IMG/VR virus record: IMGVR_UViG_3300031261_000003
Coordinates: 5,435-69,434 of that record
Origin: a virus
Length of the DNA stretch: 64,000 nt
Reading direction: 5' to 3' (one strand)
Positions 38,428 through 48,017 of the stretch are shown here, piece after piece. Each line of letters starts with the position of its first letter. Positions within the stretch are counted from its first letter, which is position 1. Under the pieces are notes generated by a model. The model made no database searches. It saw only the letters and a list, made by a program, of their open reading frames with translations, and had not been told where the DNA came from. The translations under genes and the position numbers were made by a program.

Positions 38428-38834
38428 TGGTCTATCAAATTAAGAACATCGCGTCGGGGGAGATTGACGCCGTTGCGTCGTTACCCCTCTGGATCGAGGG
38501 GGTTTGGGAATGCGGCGATCAGCGGTTTACCGACCCTGCAAAGACTCTGTATGAAATGCCGACGACTCTTCAGTTGACGGCGATGGCTTTATATCTTGCG
38601 TTCACTCCGGCCGAGCGCATCGCGATCAAGAAATCAACCGATCCTATCGTCGAGGACTTTTGGGCCACGTATGAACTTGCGGCCGATCAAAAGGCGACGA
38701 TTGATCCGACTCTTGCGAGCTTTGTTGCGGGCCTAACCTATCTCGCGACGCCGACGACGGCGACGCCGCCTGGCCCTGGCATCCTCGCCAGTCCGGCGCG
38801 CATTGCGCAAATCCAAGCCGGAATCGCGCAATGA
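38427..38834 (+). CDS. putative tail fibre assembly protein
   Basis: FTPAERIAI motif; position. Confidence 0.6.
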   Translation: MVYQIKNIASGEIDAVASLPLWIEGVWECGDQRFTDPAKTLYEMPTTLQLTAMALYLAFTPAERIAIKKSTDPIVEDFWATYELAADQKATIDPTLASFVAGLTYLATPTTATPPGPGILASPARIAQIQAGIAQ

Positions 38835-38925
38835 TGCTTCTCGCGGCAATTTTCTTCACTTGTCTGTGGTTCGCGCTCGATTTCTTCGTTCTCGATAGCG
38901 ACGAGTTCGCGCTTGGAGAAGATCC

Positions 38926-39762
38926 TTGAGCCTTTCCCTCGACGCTCCAACGCTCGACAAAATGTGGCCGCACGCCGCGCCGGAACTTCGGGCCGGCATG
39001 GTCTCGACGAGCGAGGCGGTCTTTGAGAAATACGCTATAGTCGAGCTTGCCGACTTGGTTGATTTTATGGCTCAGGTCAGCGAGGAGTCGGGGGGCGGCA
39101 TCGCGACCGTCGAAGACTTGAACTATTCCGCCGAGCGCCTTTGCCAAGTCTGGCCGAAGCGATTTCCGAGCCTTGAGATCGCCGCGCCGTTCGCGAGCAA
39201 CCCGCGCGCGCTCGCCAACAGCGTTTACGGCGGGCGCAATGGAAATGTCGCCGGCAGTAATGACGGCTGGGCGTTTCGCGGCCGTGGTCTGATCCAGCTA
39301 ACGGGTCGTGAGCTTTATGGCGAGATAGCCAAAGCGACCGGACTCGATTTGATTGCTCATCCCGCCATAATCAATTCGCCGCTTCACGCGCTGGAATGCG
39401 CCGCCGCGTACTGGCAAATGCGAGGGATTTCCGCGCTCGCCGCCGCCGGAAATTTCAAACAAGAAACGCGCCGCATAAATGGCGGATACACGAACATGGC
39501 CGCGCGTAGGGCTTGGCAGGCCAAGTGGCATAATGCGCTCACGTTGACCGAGGACATGCACCCGTCAGGATTCCTCGTCGGTTCAAAGGGCTGGGCGCAA
39601 AGCCAATTGCTCGCGGCAGGCTGCGATCCGCAGGGGGTCGACGGCTTTTGGGGCGACGATTCCCGAGCGGCGCTGCATAGTTTTGAGATTGCCAAGGGCT
39701 TGCCGGTCGATGGCGGCGACCTTTCCCCCGCGACGATCGACGCGCTCAAGCTCGTGGCGTGA
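38926..39762 (+). CDS. endolysin, GH19 domain plus peptidoglycan-binding domain
   Basis: AQ..EES, E.LNYS, DGW.FRGRGLIQLTGR, TRRINGG; VDG.WG..S..AL..F. Confidence 0.9.
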   Translation: MSLSLDAPTLDKMWPHAAPELRAGMVSTSEAVFEKYAIVELADLVDFMAQVSEESGGGIATVEDLNYSAERLCQVWPKRFPSLEIAAPFASNPRALANSVYGGRNGNVAGSNDGWAFRGRGLIQLTGRELYGEIAKATGLDLIAHPAIINSPLHALECAAAYWQMRGISALAAAGNFKQETRRINGGYTNMAARRAWQAKWHNALTLTEDMHPSGFLVGSKGWAQSQLLAAGCDPQGVDGFWGDDSRAALHSFEIAKGLPVDGGDLSPATIDALKLVA

Positions 39763-39880
39763 CGGATATGCATCGTTAGCTTCGCTAAATCGTCCATAGC
39801 TTTTGCTAGCTAACGATAACAAAAGATAGCCCAAGCCCTCTAGTTTTCGTCAACCGCGACTTGCTCGCCAAGGAAAACCC

Positions 39881-40336
39881 ATGTCTCAAGTTGACTTGTC
39901 GCCATTGGTTCAAGCCATGACGCCTATCATTTTGGCCGTGGTCAGCGCGGTTCTTTCGCTGATCGCAACGCTGGCGCTCGCCGAGTTGAAAAAGCTGACC
40001 GGCATCAAAGTCGAAGCCTCGCGCGTCAAAAAAGTCGTGGATTATGCCGATATCCTCGCCAAGCGCGAAATTCTAGCAGCGAGCGGCAATCTCGCAACCG
40101 CGTCGATCTCGGTCAAGAGCCCATTGGTCGCGGGGCTCGTCAACGAAATGCTGGCGCATTTGCCGTTTGAGCTTGACCAACTCGACGTCACGCCCGAGGG
40201 CGTGGCGAATATCGTTGCTGGCTCCCTTGGAGACCTACAGGCCAGGATGACGTCGATCTCGCCGCCCGAGCCGCCCGCCAAGACCACCGCCGCCAGCGGC
40301 GCTCTAATTACCTCCTCGCCGCCGCTGTCGCGATGA
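39881..40336 (+). CDS. putative holin
   Basis: N-terminal TM helix; follows endolysin. Confidence 0.6.
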   Translation: MSQVDLSPLVQAMTPIILAVVSAVLSLIATLALAELKKLTGIKVEASRVKKVVDYADILAKREILAASGNLATASISVKSPLVAGLVNEMLAHLPFELDQLDVTPEGVANIVAGSLGDLQARMTSISPPEPPAKTTAASGALITSSPPLSR

Positions 40337-40434
40337 GCAACCGCTCGCATATTTCGGTTGAGATCGCGATCCGCATTGCCCTCGTCGTCGCCGTCATCCT
40401 CGTTATCGCCTACGCGGCCGGCGTCTTTAACTAG
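40333..40434 (+). CDS. 33-aa single-TM peptide
   Basis: ATGA overlap; IALVVAVILVIAYAAGVF. Confidence 0.5.
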   Translation: MSNRSHISVEIAIRIALVVAVILVIAYAAGVFN

Positions 40435-40731
40435 GAGCCGCCGCCATGCTCTCGCAAGACGATCTCGCGGCGTTCCTCTGGCTCATCGCCAATGGATTCC
40501 TCAGCGTTTCGGCGGCAAGTGACTTTGCTAAAGATAACAATATAGAACGCTATATTGCTGCTATTACTAGGCTTTGCGCCAGCATGTAGCAAAATCGCCA
40601 CAGCGTACGAGATTATAGCGGAATTGTGGTAGCTGCCTTGTTTCGGTCTACATTGGAAAATAATTCTCATGGCTTGCGAAACGTCTGGGTTACTGCTCTT
40701 GCAAGCCTTAGAAAACGAGGGAAATGGGGCT

Positions 40732-40980
40732 ATGGCGTCCGCGCCGGTTGGGGAAAGAATTGCCGTTCTCGAAACTCAGTCGGCTGAGAATCGCGAGCGA
40801 TATATGAACGTAAACAACAAGCTCGACTTGTTGCTGGCGCAGTCCAACCAGCGTGTCGGCGCGAAGCTGACGCTTGGCGCCTTATCGAAAATCTTCGGCG
40901 GCTTCGGGATATCATTGACGATGGTTGGCGGGGTGGTTGCGTTTCTCATCTCGGAATTTTGGGCGCATGGAAAGTTCTAG
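40732..40980 (+). CDS. coiled-coil plus TM protein (lysis-associated type)
   Basis: ERIAVLE...KLD.L followed by hydrophobic helix. Confidence 0.55.
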   Translation: MASAPVGERIAVLETQSAENRERYMNVNNKLDLLLAQSNQRVGAKLTLGALSKIFGGFGISLTMVGGVVAFLISEFWAHGKF

Positions 40981-41207
40981 CCGGGCTCGCCGTCGTCGAA
41001 AGATTCCAGGTTCCACCAATCTCGCTGACAGGCGGAACAGAAACGCGCCGCATAGCCGTTTTGCGTCGAAATAATCAGCGGGGAACTTTCGTCTGGCAAG
41101 ACGGCCGCGCAGTATGAGCAAACCGAAGTGGCCGGGCTGTCTGGCCTTCCCCATGTGACGCGGTTCCACAAGAATCCTTCATTTGGTTTGAGTTCGTATT
41201 GGCTCAT
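40977..41207 (-). CDS. zinc-finger hypothetical protein
   Basis: CSYC...CSAC. Confidence 0.6.
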   Translation of the reverse strand: MSQYELKPNEGFLWNRVTWGRPDSPATSVCSYCAAVLPDESSPLIISTQNGYAARFCSACQRDWWNLESFDDGEPG

Positions 41208-41253
41208 GGCGATGCCCTAGCGTTCAATCAACTGCGCCTCCCACGTCACCTTA

Positions 41254-41299
41254 CGCCGCCTCGTTGCTCCTGTCATGGAGCGCGGGGCGGCGGTTTTTT
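41254..41299 (+). terminator. rho-independent terminator
   Basis: Long GC stem followed by TTTTTT. Confidence 0.65.
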
Positions 41300-41319
41300 G
41301 CGTTTAAGGCGGCCTATCT

Positions 41320-41922
41320 TTATCGGCGAGCCTCTTGGTTTGCTTTAAACTTAGCCTTCCATATGGCGATTGAATTATCAAGCTCAGTTGGTTGCTTGAT
41401 TTCCAGCGTTTTCGGCGGTGCTATAGCAAGAGAAGAAACTTGAGTATTTGTTCCTGTAGGAAAATCGGATTTAGAAGACAGAGCAAGGGACAGCGCGGGT
41501 TTTGGATCGTGAAATTCATACGCGTTCGACGTTCGGATGACGCGAACGACCGCCTTGCCAAGCTCGGCGTTCCAAACGCGGACGCGGGCGAGCCGGTTGA
41601 CCCAGGACAGTATCCCCGATCCTTCAAGCGCCTTTAGCGCCTCGGCGACAGTCGAGCGGGCGCAATCGGCGCGCTCGGCTATCTTCTCGTAGCTCGGAAA
41701 GCAAAGGCCGCTACGGGCGTTGTGGAAGCCCCATAACAGCGCCTTGAGGACGGCGCAGGCTTTGGCCGTCAGTTTTCCGTATGCCTTGCCCTCGGCCTTC
41801 CTAAGCATCAGCGAGGCGGCCACGGCCATGATCCGCGCCTTGGCGTTGCGGTCGAGCGCGCGCGGGCGCCCGTAGCCGAAAACCTTGTCTCGGCGTCTGT
41901 CTAAGCGGTTGAAAATGAGCAC
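41320..41922 (-). CDS. HTH protein, plasmid Rep-like
   Basis: GLCFPSYE.IAE.A.C.RSTV.EALKALE..G.L.W..R, RTSNAY; GGAGGA RBS. Confidence 0.7.
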   Translation of the reverse strand: MLIFNRLDRRRDKVFGYGRPRALDRNAKARIMAVAASLMLRKAEGKAYGKLTAKACAVLKALLWGFHNARSGLCFPSYEKIAERADCARSTVAEALKALEGSGILSWVNRLARVRVWNAELGKAVVRVIRTSNAYEFHDPKPALSLALSSKSDFPTGTNTQVSSLAIAPPKTLEIKQPTELDNSIAIWKAKFKANQEARR

Positions 41923-42035
41923 GGTTCCTCCGTTCGGTAGTCAGGACCGCCGACGAGGAGGAGACGATTTTGGACAAAGCTTCGCTGTTGCCCGAAATTT
42001 AGGGCTTGCGTCGAACAACGATTTCGGGAATTATG

Positions 42036-42109
42036 AGGTTCTCAGGATCTCACAATTCCCGGCTTTGCCGGACACCGACCCCGCCCTTATCGGCGGGTTT
42101 TGTGTTTCT
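42036..42109 (+). ncRNA. putative countertranscribed RNA in the rep leader
   Basis: TTGCGT promoter-like element at 42006; hairpin CCGGC-TTT-GCCGG; terminator CCCGCC-N6-GGCGGG-TTTT. Confidence 0.45.
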
Positions 42110-42266
42110 AGGGCTTCGATTCTCCTAAAACGACGCAGATTGCCGGGCGATTCCCGGCCTAGCCGCCTAAATTGCGCTTTTTCTAGGCGAAAGCAACGAA
42201 GGCTTTTCCGCTGCGCCCGATTCGGCTAAGTTGAGCGTGTGAGCCCGCCAGCAACGGAGCGATGCG

Positions 42267-42545
42267 GTGAACGTTGTCATCGACGATCCAGCCGAAGGGC
42301 GCTTGCCGCGCATAAAATCATTGTGGGCGTTCGTCAGCATCGACAACGACGGCGACGAAGGCGTCTGCGCTGCGATGCTAGGCGACATCGCGGTTCCGTT
42401 GATCGCCGCCGACGAAAAGCGGCTTAAAAGTCTTCGGCCGCTCGCCGAGGAGATCGCGGCGCGGACAAGCAAGAAGATAGTCCTGGCGCGGTTTACCGAG
42501 CGCGTTGACGAGGAGGTTATTGATCCGAGCGCCCGCGATGTCTGA
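42267..42545 (+). CDS. conserved phage hypothetical protein
   Basis: WAFVS.D..G.EGV, PLI.AD..R..SL. Confidence 0.7.
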   Translation: MNVVIDDPAEGRLPRIKSLWAFVSIDNDGDEGVCAAMLGDIAVPLIAADEKRLKSLRPLAEEIAARTSKKIVLARFTERVDEEVIDPSARDV

Positions 42546-42753
42546 GTCCGACGAGACCGCCGCGCTTCGCGCCGAGAATGCAAGGCTCCGTGAAGCCCCA
42601 GAGCCCTTTGCCGAATACGCCGAATGGGTCGCGACCAACCGGCCCGGATGGGACCATGATTTGTTTTCGTTCCATATCGATTTTCCCGGCTCGCTGTTCT
42701 CTATGCGGGCATTTCGCCAAGCTCGCGATGCCTTTTTGAGTGCGCGCCCATGA
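42538..42753 (+). CDS. hypothetical protein
   Basis: Overlap chain. Confidence 0.55.
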   Translation: MSESDETAALRAENARLREAPEPFAEYAEWVATNRPGWDHDLFSFHIDFPGSLFSMRAFRQARDAFLSARP

Positions 42754-42953
42754 ACAGCGAGCCAACGGAACTACCCGGCGTCTATACGGCTTGGCAAAAG
42801 GCCCGCGACGGCGATCTTAACGTCTGCCCCGATTGCGGCTCGGCTGATTTCAGTTTCCGCCGTTGGGATAGCGCTTGCGGCGGCTTCTAGGACTATCAAT
42901 ACCGTTGCGACGATTGCGGCAAGACCTGGTGGACCGAAAGCGCGGACTCATGA
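42750..42953 (+). pseudogene. zinc-ribbon protein gene with in-frame TAG at 42888
   Basis: CPDC before and CDDC after the stop; ATGA overlaps at both ends. Confidence 0.7.
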
Positions 42954-43273
42954 AATATCAAGACGCCTTGGTCGCATGGACCCCTCGCACGGACAAAATA
43001 GACGTCGGGCCGCTTATTAGTGAAGATGCGAGGGATTGGTCGCGCCCCTATTCCCACACGGGCGGCGCGGCCTATGTCGCCCTTCGTGAATGCAAAAACG
43101 AGTTTCAGCGCGATATGATGATGTTTATCGAGTTTCATTCGATTGTCGTTAGAGACAGAGTGGATATCGACGCCGCGCATAAGGCATTTCTCAAGATTGA
43201 CGAGTACAGGCGACGCATTGCGCCTGATATTAAGGGCGCCGATCATGACGGGGATTATATGGGCGGCTGGTGA
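42950..43273 (+). CDS. hypothetical protein
   Basis: ATGA overlap. Confidence 0.6.
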   Translation: MKYQDALVAWTPRTDKIDVGPLISEDARDWSRPYSHTGGAAYVALRECKNEFQRDMMMFIEFHSIVVRDRVDIDAAHKAFLKIDEYRRRIAPDIKGADHDGDYMGGW

Positions 43274-43297
43274 CGCACGTTTTCTTAGCGTGCTGTT

Positions 43298-43334
43298 AAG
43301 CCCTCGGTTCAATCACACCGGGGGCTTTTCTTTT
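43298..43334 (+). terminator. rho-independent terminator
   Basis: AAGCCCTCGGT/ACCGGGGGCTT stem plus T tract. Confidence 0.6.
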
Positions 43335-43657
43335 AAGAGATCGTTGGCCAGGGATCGCAAATGGTCACAAACATCCTGGCTGGAAAATTCGCCCTGCTTT
43401 GTCCATTCGCTATGTCCGGCCATGTCGTAGAAATCAGCCGCCGCTCTCAGCGCCGTTGCGCTTTCGCGGTCTATCGCGGCTATGGCGGCGGCGGCGAGGC
43501 GGTCGCAATCAATTGTGCCGTCAAATAGGATGGTCGTTCCCGCAATCTCGTCGCCGGATTCGTTGACGGGAAATTGCCAGAAATTGCAAGGACCGCCCGA
43601 GCCCTTTTGCAGTTCGGCAAGGATCGCCAGCGCAACCCGTTCAAGTTCGTTGTTCAT
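43313..43657 (-). CDS. hypothetical protein
   Basis: GAGAGG RBS; overlaps end of GT41 gene. Confidence 0.55.
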   Translation of the reverse strand: MNNELERVALAILAELQKGSGGPCNFWQFPVNESGDEIAGTTILFDGTIDCDRLAAAAIAAIDRESATALRAAADFYDMAGHSEWTKQGEFSSQDVCDHLRSLANDLLKEKPPV

Positions 43658-45575
43658 CGTCGCGCCTCTCTCGCCACGTCTGCCACATATCGCGATAGGC
43701 GGCTTCCATTTTACGCGCAAAACCGGGCGCGTCGCATAACGGCGAGGCCGCCATGCGCGGCCGCAAAGTTCGGCGCAGCTCGGTTAGGCGCTTGGAATCG
43801 CCGGCCAGCGCGGCGGCGATCTCGACATAATCTTCAACGGAGTCGGCGACGAGATCGGGCAGGCCGACTTGCGCGAGCAAGCTCGCGCCGACGCGGGCTG
43901 CATGACGGTCGCCGCGAAGCGTAACAACCGGCACGCCCATCCACAGCGTATCGCAAGTCGTCGTTGCGCCATTGTAGGGGAACGGATCAAGCGCAATGTC
44001 TAGGCGGCCGTAAGACCCGAGGGCGTCTGCGATGTTGGATGACCACCCCTCCAACTCAATCCGATCCGCCGCAATGCCGCGTTCGCCAAGCTTGCCGAGA
44101 AGCAACGCGCGGGCGCCGGCGTCGGCGAACGGCTTTCCCTTTAGGAGCAAGCGCGCGTGAGGAAGCCGCGTCAACAGCCGCGCCCATGCGTCTAAGGTCG
44201 ATGCCGAAAGCTTCGCCGGATTGTTGAACGAACCGAACGTCACGACGCCCGTCATCAAGCTCGGCGGCGCGGCCGGCTCGGGGGCGTCCTGCGCGGCGCC
44301 GTAGCAGAAGTAGCCGTCCGGCAGGCGCACAAGCGTTTCGCTGGCCCAAGCGTCGGCCCCGACCGGATCGGTTATCGCGTCAACGAGCTGGTAGTCGATA
44401 GCGTCGAGGCCCGTCGTGTTCGGATAGCCGAGCCAAGTCGCTTGCACAGGCGCGGCCTTGCGGGCGAAAACACCGAGCCGATTATTCGCGGTGTGGCCGG
44501 CAAGATCAACCAAAATGTCTATGCCGTCCGCTCGAATGCGTTCGGCAAGCGCGTCGTCGGTAAGCCCCGCGGTTGTCAACCACTGCTCGGAGAGTTCGCG
44601 CAAACGCGCCGTTACCGCGTCCGGCCGCGCAACCTCGGCGTAGCAGAAAATCTCCACCGCTTCTCGATCATGCTCCCTCAACAGCGGCTCGAAAAAGCGC
44701 GAAACCGGATGCTCGCGCAAGTCCGGCGAGACATAGCCGATGCGCAGCCGCCGCCCCGCTTGGCGGGCGTTGGCGAACGCAACAGGCGTCGTCGCTTGCC
44801 GGCATAATCTCGCGCCCCATTCTCGATGCTCGGCGAAAAGGCTTTCGGCCGTCTCTCGGTCGTTATAGTTCAGATACAACAGCAGGTTGCCATGCGCCCC
44901 TGCATAGTCCGGCTTGATCGCGATAGCGCGGCGGCAGGCGGCGATAGCTTCGTCTAACTTTCCTTGATCCACCAACGCGGCGCCAAGATTGGAATACGCC
45001 TGCGCATAGTTTGGTCTGAGCGCGAAAGCGCGGCGATAGGAAGCAATTGCCTCGTCTAGTTTGCCCTGGCCTTGGAGCACGACGCCAAGGCTGTAGTGCG
45101 CCTCCGCAATGTCGGGCTTGATGGCGATGGCGCGACGGCAGGCAATGGCTGCTTCGTTGCCTCGGCGCAGTAATATCAACGCAGCGCCAAGATTGGAATG
45201 AGCCAAAGCAAAGTCTGGGTTAAGATCAATGGCGCTCTGGCAGGCGGCAACCGCTTCGTTGGACTTTCCTTGATCCACCAACGCAGCGCCGAGGTTGGCA
45301 TAAGCCTCGGCGTGATGGGGGCTTAGCGCGACGGCGCGGCGATAAGCGATGACCGCCTCGTCTAGCTTGCCCTGACCTTGGAGTGCATTGCCGAGGTTGG
45401 CAAAAGCGTGGGCGTGATCGGGGTTAACGCCGATGGCGCGGCGATAGCACGCCTCGGCCGGCAACAACCGCCCCGCAAGGTGATGTTCTACGCCTTCCGT
45501 CATGACGTCGGCGGCGCTCTCTGGCGCGATTGAGGGCTTGAGTTTTGCGCTGGCGCGCCGCTGTTGACGGTTCAT
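43641..45575 (-). CDS. TPR-repeat GT41 glycosyltransferase (O-GlcNAc transferase/SPINDLY-like)
   Basis: About 6 TPRs; RLRIGYVSPDL..HPV, DILVDLAGHT, WLGYP.TTG, FGSFNN..KL, LDPFPYNG.TT..D.LWMGVP. Confidence 0.93.
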   Translation of the reverse strand: MNRQQRRASAKLKPSIAPESAADVMTEGVEHHLAGRLLPAEACYRRAIGVNPDHAHAFANLGNALQGQGKLDEAVIAYRRAVALSPHHAEAYANLGAALVDQGKSNEAVAACQSAIDLNPDFALAHSNLGAALILLRRGNEAAIACRRAIAIKPDIAEAHYSLGVVLQGQGKLDEAIASYRRAFALRPNYAQAYSNLGAALVDQGKLDEAIAACRRAIAIKPDYAGAHGNLLLYLNYNDRETAESLFAEHREWGARLCRQATTPVAFANARQAGRRLRIGYVSPDLREHPVSRFFEPLLREHDREAVEIFCYAEVARPDAVTARLRELSEQWLTTAGLTDDALAERIRADGIDILVDLAGHTANNRLGVFARKAAPVQATWLGYPNTTGLDAIDYQLVDAITDPVGADAWASETLVRLPDGYFCYGAAQDAPEPAAPPSLMTGVVTFGSFNNPAKLSASTLDAWARLLTRLPHARLLLKGKPFADAGARALLLGKLGERGIAADRIELEGWSSNIADALGSYGRLDIALDPFPYNGATTTCDTLWMGVPVVTLRGDRHAARVGASLLAQVGLPDLVADSVEDYVEIAAALAGDSKRLTELRRTLRPRMAASPLCDAPGFARKMEAAYRDMWQTWRERRDDEQRT

Positions 45576-45856
45576 TTTCCGGCCTCCGGTTGCGTGCGGG
45601 CGCGAATAGCGTTGGCAATCCACGACCCGACGCGGCGCACGAATCCTTCTTCGATATCAAACAGCGGATTGTCAGCCGCAGTTGCTGCAATCTTCGCACA
45701 TTCCTCGCGCTCTTTTGCGAGCGCGGCATTTGCGGCGGCGAGGTCGGCGCGGAGTTTATCGTATTCCGCCTTCCATCCCACGGCCGCCTCGGCAGCGTTC
45801 CCAGGCACGCGACCATCAGGGAATTGAAGCCGGCAAATGGGTGGGTCTATCAACAA
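45572..45856 (-). CDS. hypothetical protein
   Basis: EREECAKIA...IANAIRAR phage motif. Confidence 0.6.
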   Translation of the reverse strand: MLIDPPICRLQFPDGRVPGNAAEAAVGWKAEYDKLRADLAAANAALAKEREECAKIAATAADNPLFDIEEGFVRRVGSWIANAIRARTQPEAGK

Positions 45857-45957
45857 GAGTAGATCATAGTTCTACGCCGCGGCTTTCCTAAGCGCGGCGC
45901 GGAGGGCTTCGACCTCTGACATGAAATAATCCGGGCTCCCCGGAAACGGTTCGTTCG

Positions 45958-46236
45958 TCATTCCAAATCTCCTTTCGTTGCTTGCGGCGGGCGGCAATCG
46001 ACGTCCACAAACTCGACGAATTTGAGCCGCTGCGCGATCTGGCCCATAGCGAATTCGTTTTTGTGTCTGTTCCAAAACCCACGGCAACAGGCGTCTTTGC
46101 TATGGTGGCAAACGCGGTGGCCTTTGAAACCCATGTATTTATCGCGGACTTGATCTTCCAGCGCCTTAATATTCAACGGCGAGTCCCTGCGATAAATGCA
46201 GGTCGCGCACGCCTTTCTTTGGACCTTGAATGCCAA
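45958..46236 (-). CDS. Cys/His-rich hypothetical protein
   Basis: CATC, CHH, CCRGF. Confidence 0.65.
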   Translation of the reverse strand: MAFKVQRKACATCIYRRDSPLNIKALEDQVRDKYMGFKGHRVCHHSKDACCRGFWNRHKNEFAMGQIAQRLKFVEFVDVDCRPPQATKGDLE

Positions 46237-46247
46237 TTTGCGCCGTC

Positions 46248-46682
46248 CTATTTCGCGGTGAGAGGGAGGGCGCGGATTGCTTCAGCAATGCGCAGCGCAC
46301 AAGGAGGCCGAATCTCGCGCTGATAGACGCCCTCATTTGAGTGGACCAGCGCGATATCCCTCGCCTCAACCGCCACCCTTGCCGCCGCCTCTCGCATCTG
46401 TTCGGCGGTGCACGAAAACTCATCCGGGCTGTAGCCTCCCGGTCCTGGCGAGGGGTGGCTATTCGCCTTCGCCTCGCGGAGCTTGGCGAGGGTGGCGCGG
46501 GCGGTTTCAAGCGGGAGTAACCACCCCTCAAATCGCCCGCCCTCCGTAATCTCGGACCATGGAGCCCCGTCGCCATTAAGATGAAGTCCGTAAACCCCTC
46601 CGCTTTCTGCTATCAATTCGTCAAGAGTTTCGACAATTGATGCCAGCGCCTTCTCGGCTTCGGCAAGAAGTTCTTCGGACAT
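46248..46682 (-). CDS. hypothetical protein
   Basis: GGAG RBS; ES.GV.GLHLNGD.APW motif. Confidence 0.65.
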   Translation of the reverse strand: MSEELLAEAEKALASIVETLDELIAESGGVYGLHLNGDGAPWSEITEGGRFEGWLLPLETARATLAKLREAKANSHPSPGPGGYSPDEFSCTAEQMREAAARVAVEARDIALVHSNEGVYQREIRPPCALRIAEAIRALPLTAK

Positions 46683-46712
46683 GGGTTTCTCCATTGGCGC
46701 TGGTCGATTTAT

Positions 46713-48017
46713 GTGACAACTCCCCGGCCTAAAGGCCGAGGCTTCTAGCTTCTCAGGCAACAGCGCGAACGCGGTTCTTGCGAACTGCGCTACGTCTGAC
46801 ATTGCCTCCACTAGCAGCAGCGGGCTGCCCGCCCGCCAATATCCGCAACCCTTCGGCGCGGATATTCCTTGCCGCGTTGATGTCCCTGTCGTGGTGTGCG
46901 GAACACTTGGCGCACGTCCAAAACCGAACATCGAGCGGCATCTTTTCGCAAACGAATCCACATTCGGAGCAGGCTTTCGAGCTTGGATACCAGCGGTCGC
47001 ACTTGACGAACGCCTTACCGGCGCGTGTGGCCTTGTATTCCAAGAAGTTCGTCAGCATGGACCAACCCACGTCGGCGGTAGCCTTCGCGAGATTATGGTT
47101 CGACATGATTCCCTTCACATGCAGGTCCTCGACGGCGATGACTTGGTTTTCGTTGACGATCCGTCGAGACAGTTTGTGCAGATAGTCTTTGCGGGCGCAC
47201 GCGACGCGCTCATGCGCGCGAGCCACCAGCTTGCGAGCCTTATCGCGACTTTTGGAGCCTTTCATTTTGCGGGAAAGCGACCGCTGTTTCCGCTTGAGGT
47301 TACGCGTCGCCTTTTTCAGATGGCGCGGATTGTCGAACTTCGAGCCGTCGCTGGTGACGGCGAGATGCGTCAGGCCAACGTCAACGCCGATAGCTTTTCC
47401 AACGGTCGAAACCTTGGGCGCTTTCTCGTCGTCTTCGGTGAGGATGGCAGCATGAAACTGGCCGCAGGCGTTGCGCGAGACGGTGACGGTTTTGATGCGC
47501 CCGTCGATCTCGCGGTGAACAACGCATTTGGTCCAGCCGACTTTCGGCAGATAGATTTTCGCGCCGTCCAGCTTTACGCGCTGCGGATATTGGATCGACT
47601 GGCGGTCGCGCTTCGACTTGAAGCGCGGATAGCGACCTCGTTTGGCAAAGAAATTCTCGAAGGCGCGCGCGAGGTTTTGCAGCGATTGTTGCAATGCCTG
47701 GGAGTCGGCCTCGCCAAGCCATTCAAACTCTTGCTTGAGTTTGGGCAGGCGGATCGCCATCGCATGATAGTTCAGCCCTTTGCCGGTGGCGCGATAGAGT
47801 TCGCCGGTCAACGCAAGGGCATTGTTCCAGGCCCAACGCGCGCATCCGAACTGGACGGCCAGCGCTTGCGCTTGAGCGTCTGTTGGATAGAGGCGAATGC
47901 GCGTCGCGTTGAGCATGTTTTATATATACGCGCACTCTATCTAACTAGCAAGGAGAGACGCCTTGCGGCGCTGGCCTTATATCCACGCCCTAAACGACGG
48001 GGTTTTGCGGCCAGTAC
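46713..48017 (-). mobile_element. IS200/IS605 family, IS1341-type (tnpB only)
   Basis: LE hairpin CCCCGTCGTTTAGGGCGTGG after TTAAC; RE hairpin CCTCGGCCTTTAGGCCGGGG ending in TCAC. Confidence 0.85.
46753..47916 (-). CDS. tnpB: RNA-guided endonuclease TnpB
   Basis: N-terminal HTH; RuvC D (GVDVG), E (VEDL), D (DRDINAA); CxxC-CxxC. Confidence 0.95.
   Translation of the reverse strand: MLNATRIRLYPTDAQAQALAVQFGCARWAWNNALALTGELYRATGKGLNYHAMAIRLPKLKQEFEWLGEADSQALQQSLQNLARAFENFFAKRGRYPRFKSKRDRQSIQYPQRVKLDGAKIYLPKVGWTKCVVHREIDGRIKTVTVSRNACGQFHAAILTEDDEKAPKVSTVGKAIGVDVGLTHLAVTSDGSKFDNPRHLKKATRNLKRKQRSLSRKMKGSKSRDKARKLVARAHERVACARKDYLHKLSRRIVNENQVIAVEDLHVKGIMSNHNLAKATADVGWSMLTNFLEYKATRAGKAFVKCDRWYPSSKACSECGFVCEKMPLDVRFWTCAKCSAHHDRDINAARNIRAEGLRILAGGQPAAASGGNVRRSAVRKNRVRAVA

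Noticed and set aside
46713-48017. IStron (group I intron plus tnpB)
   Set aside because: Only about 100 bp separate the left end and tnpB, too short for a group I intron.
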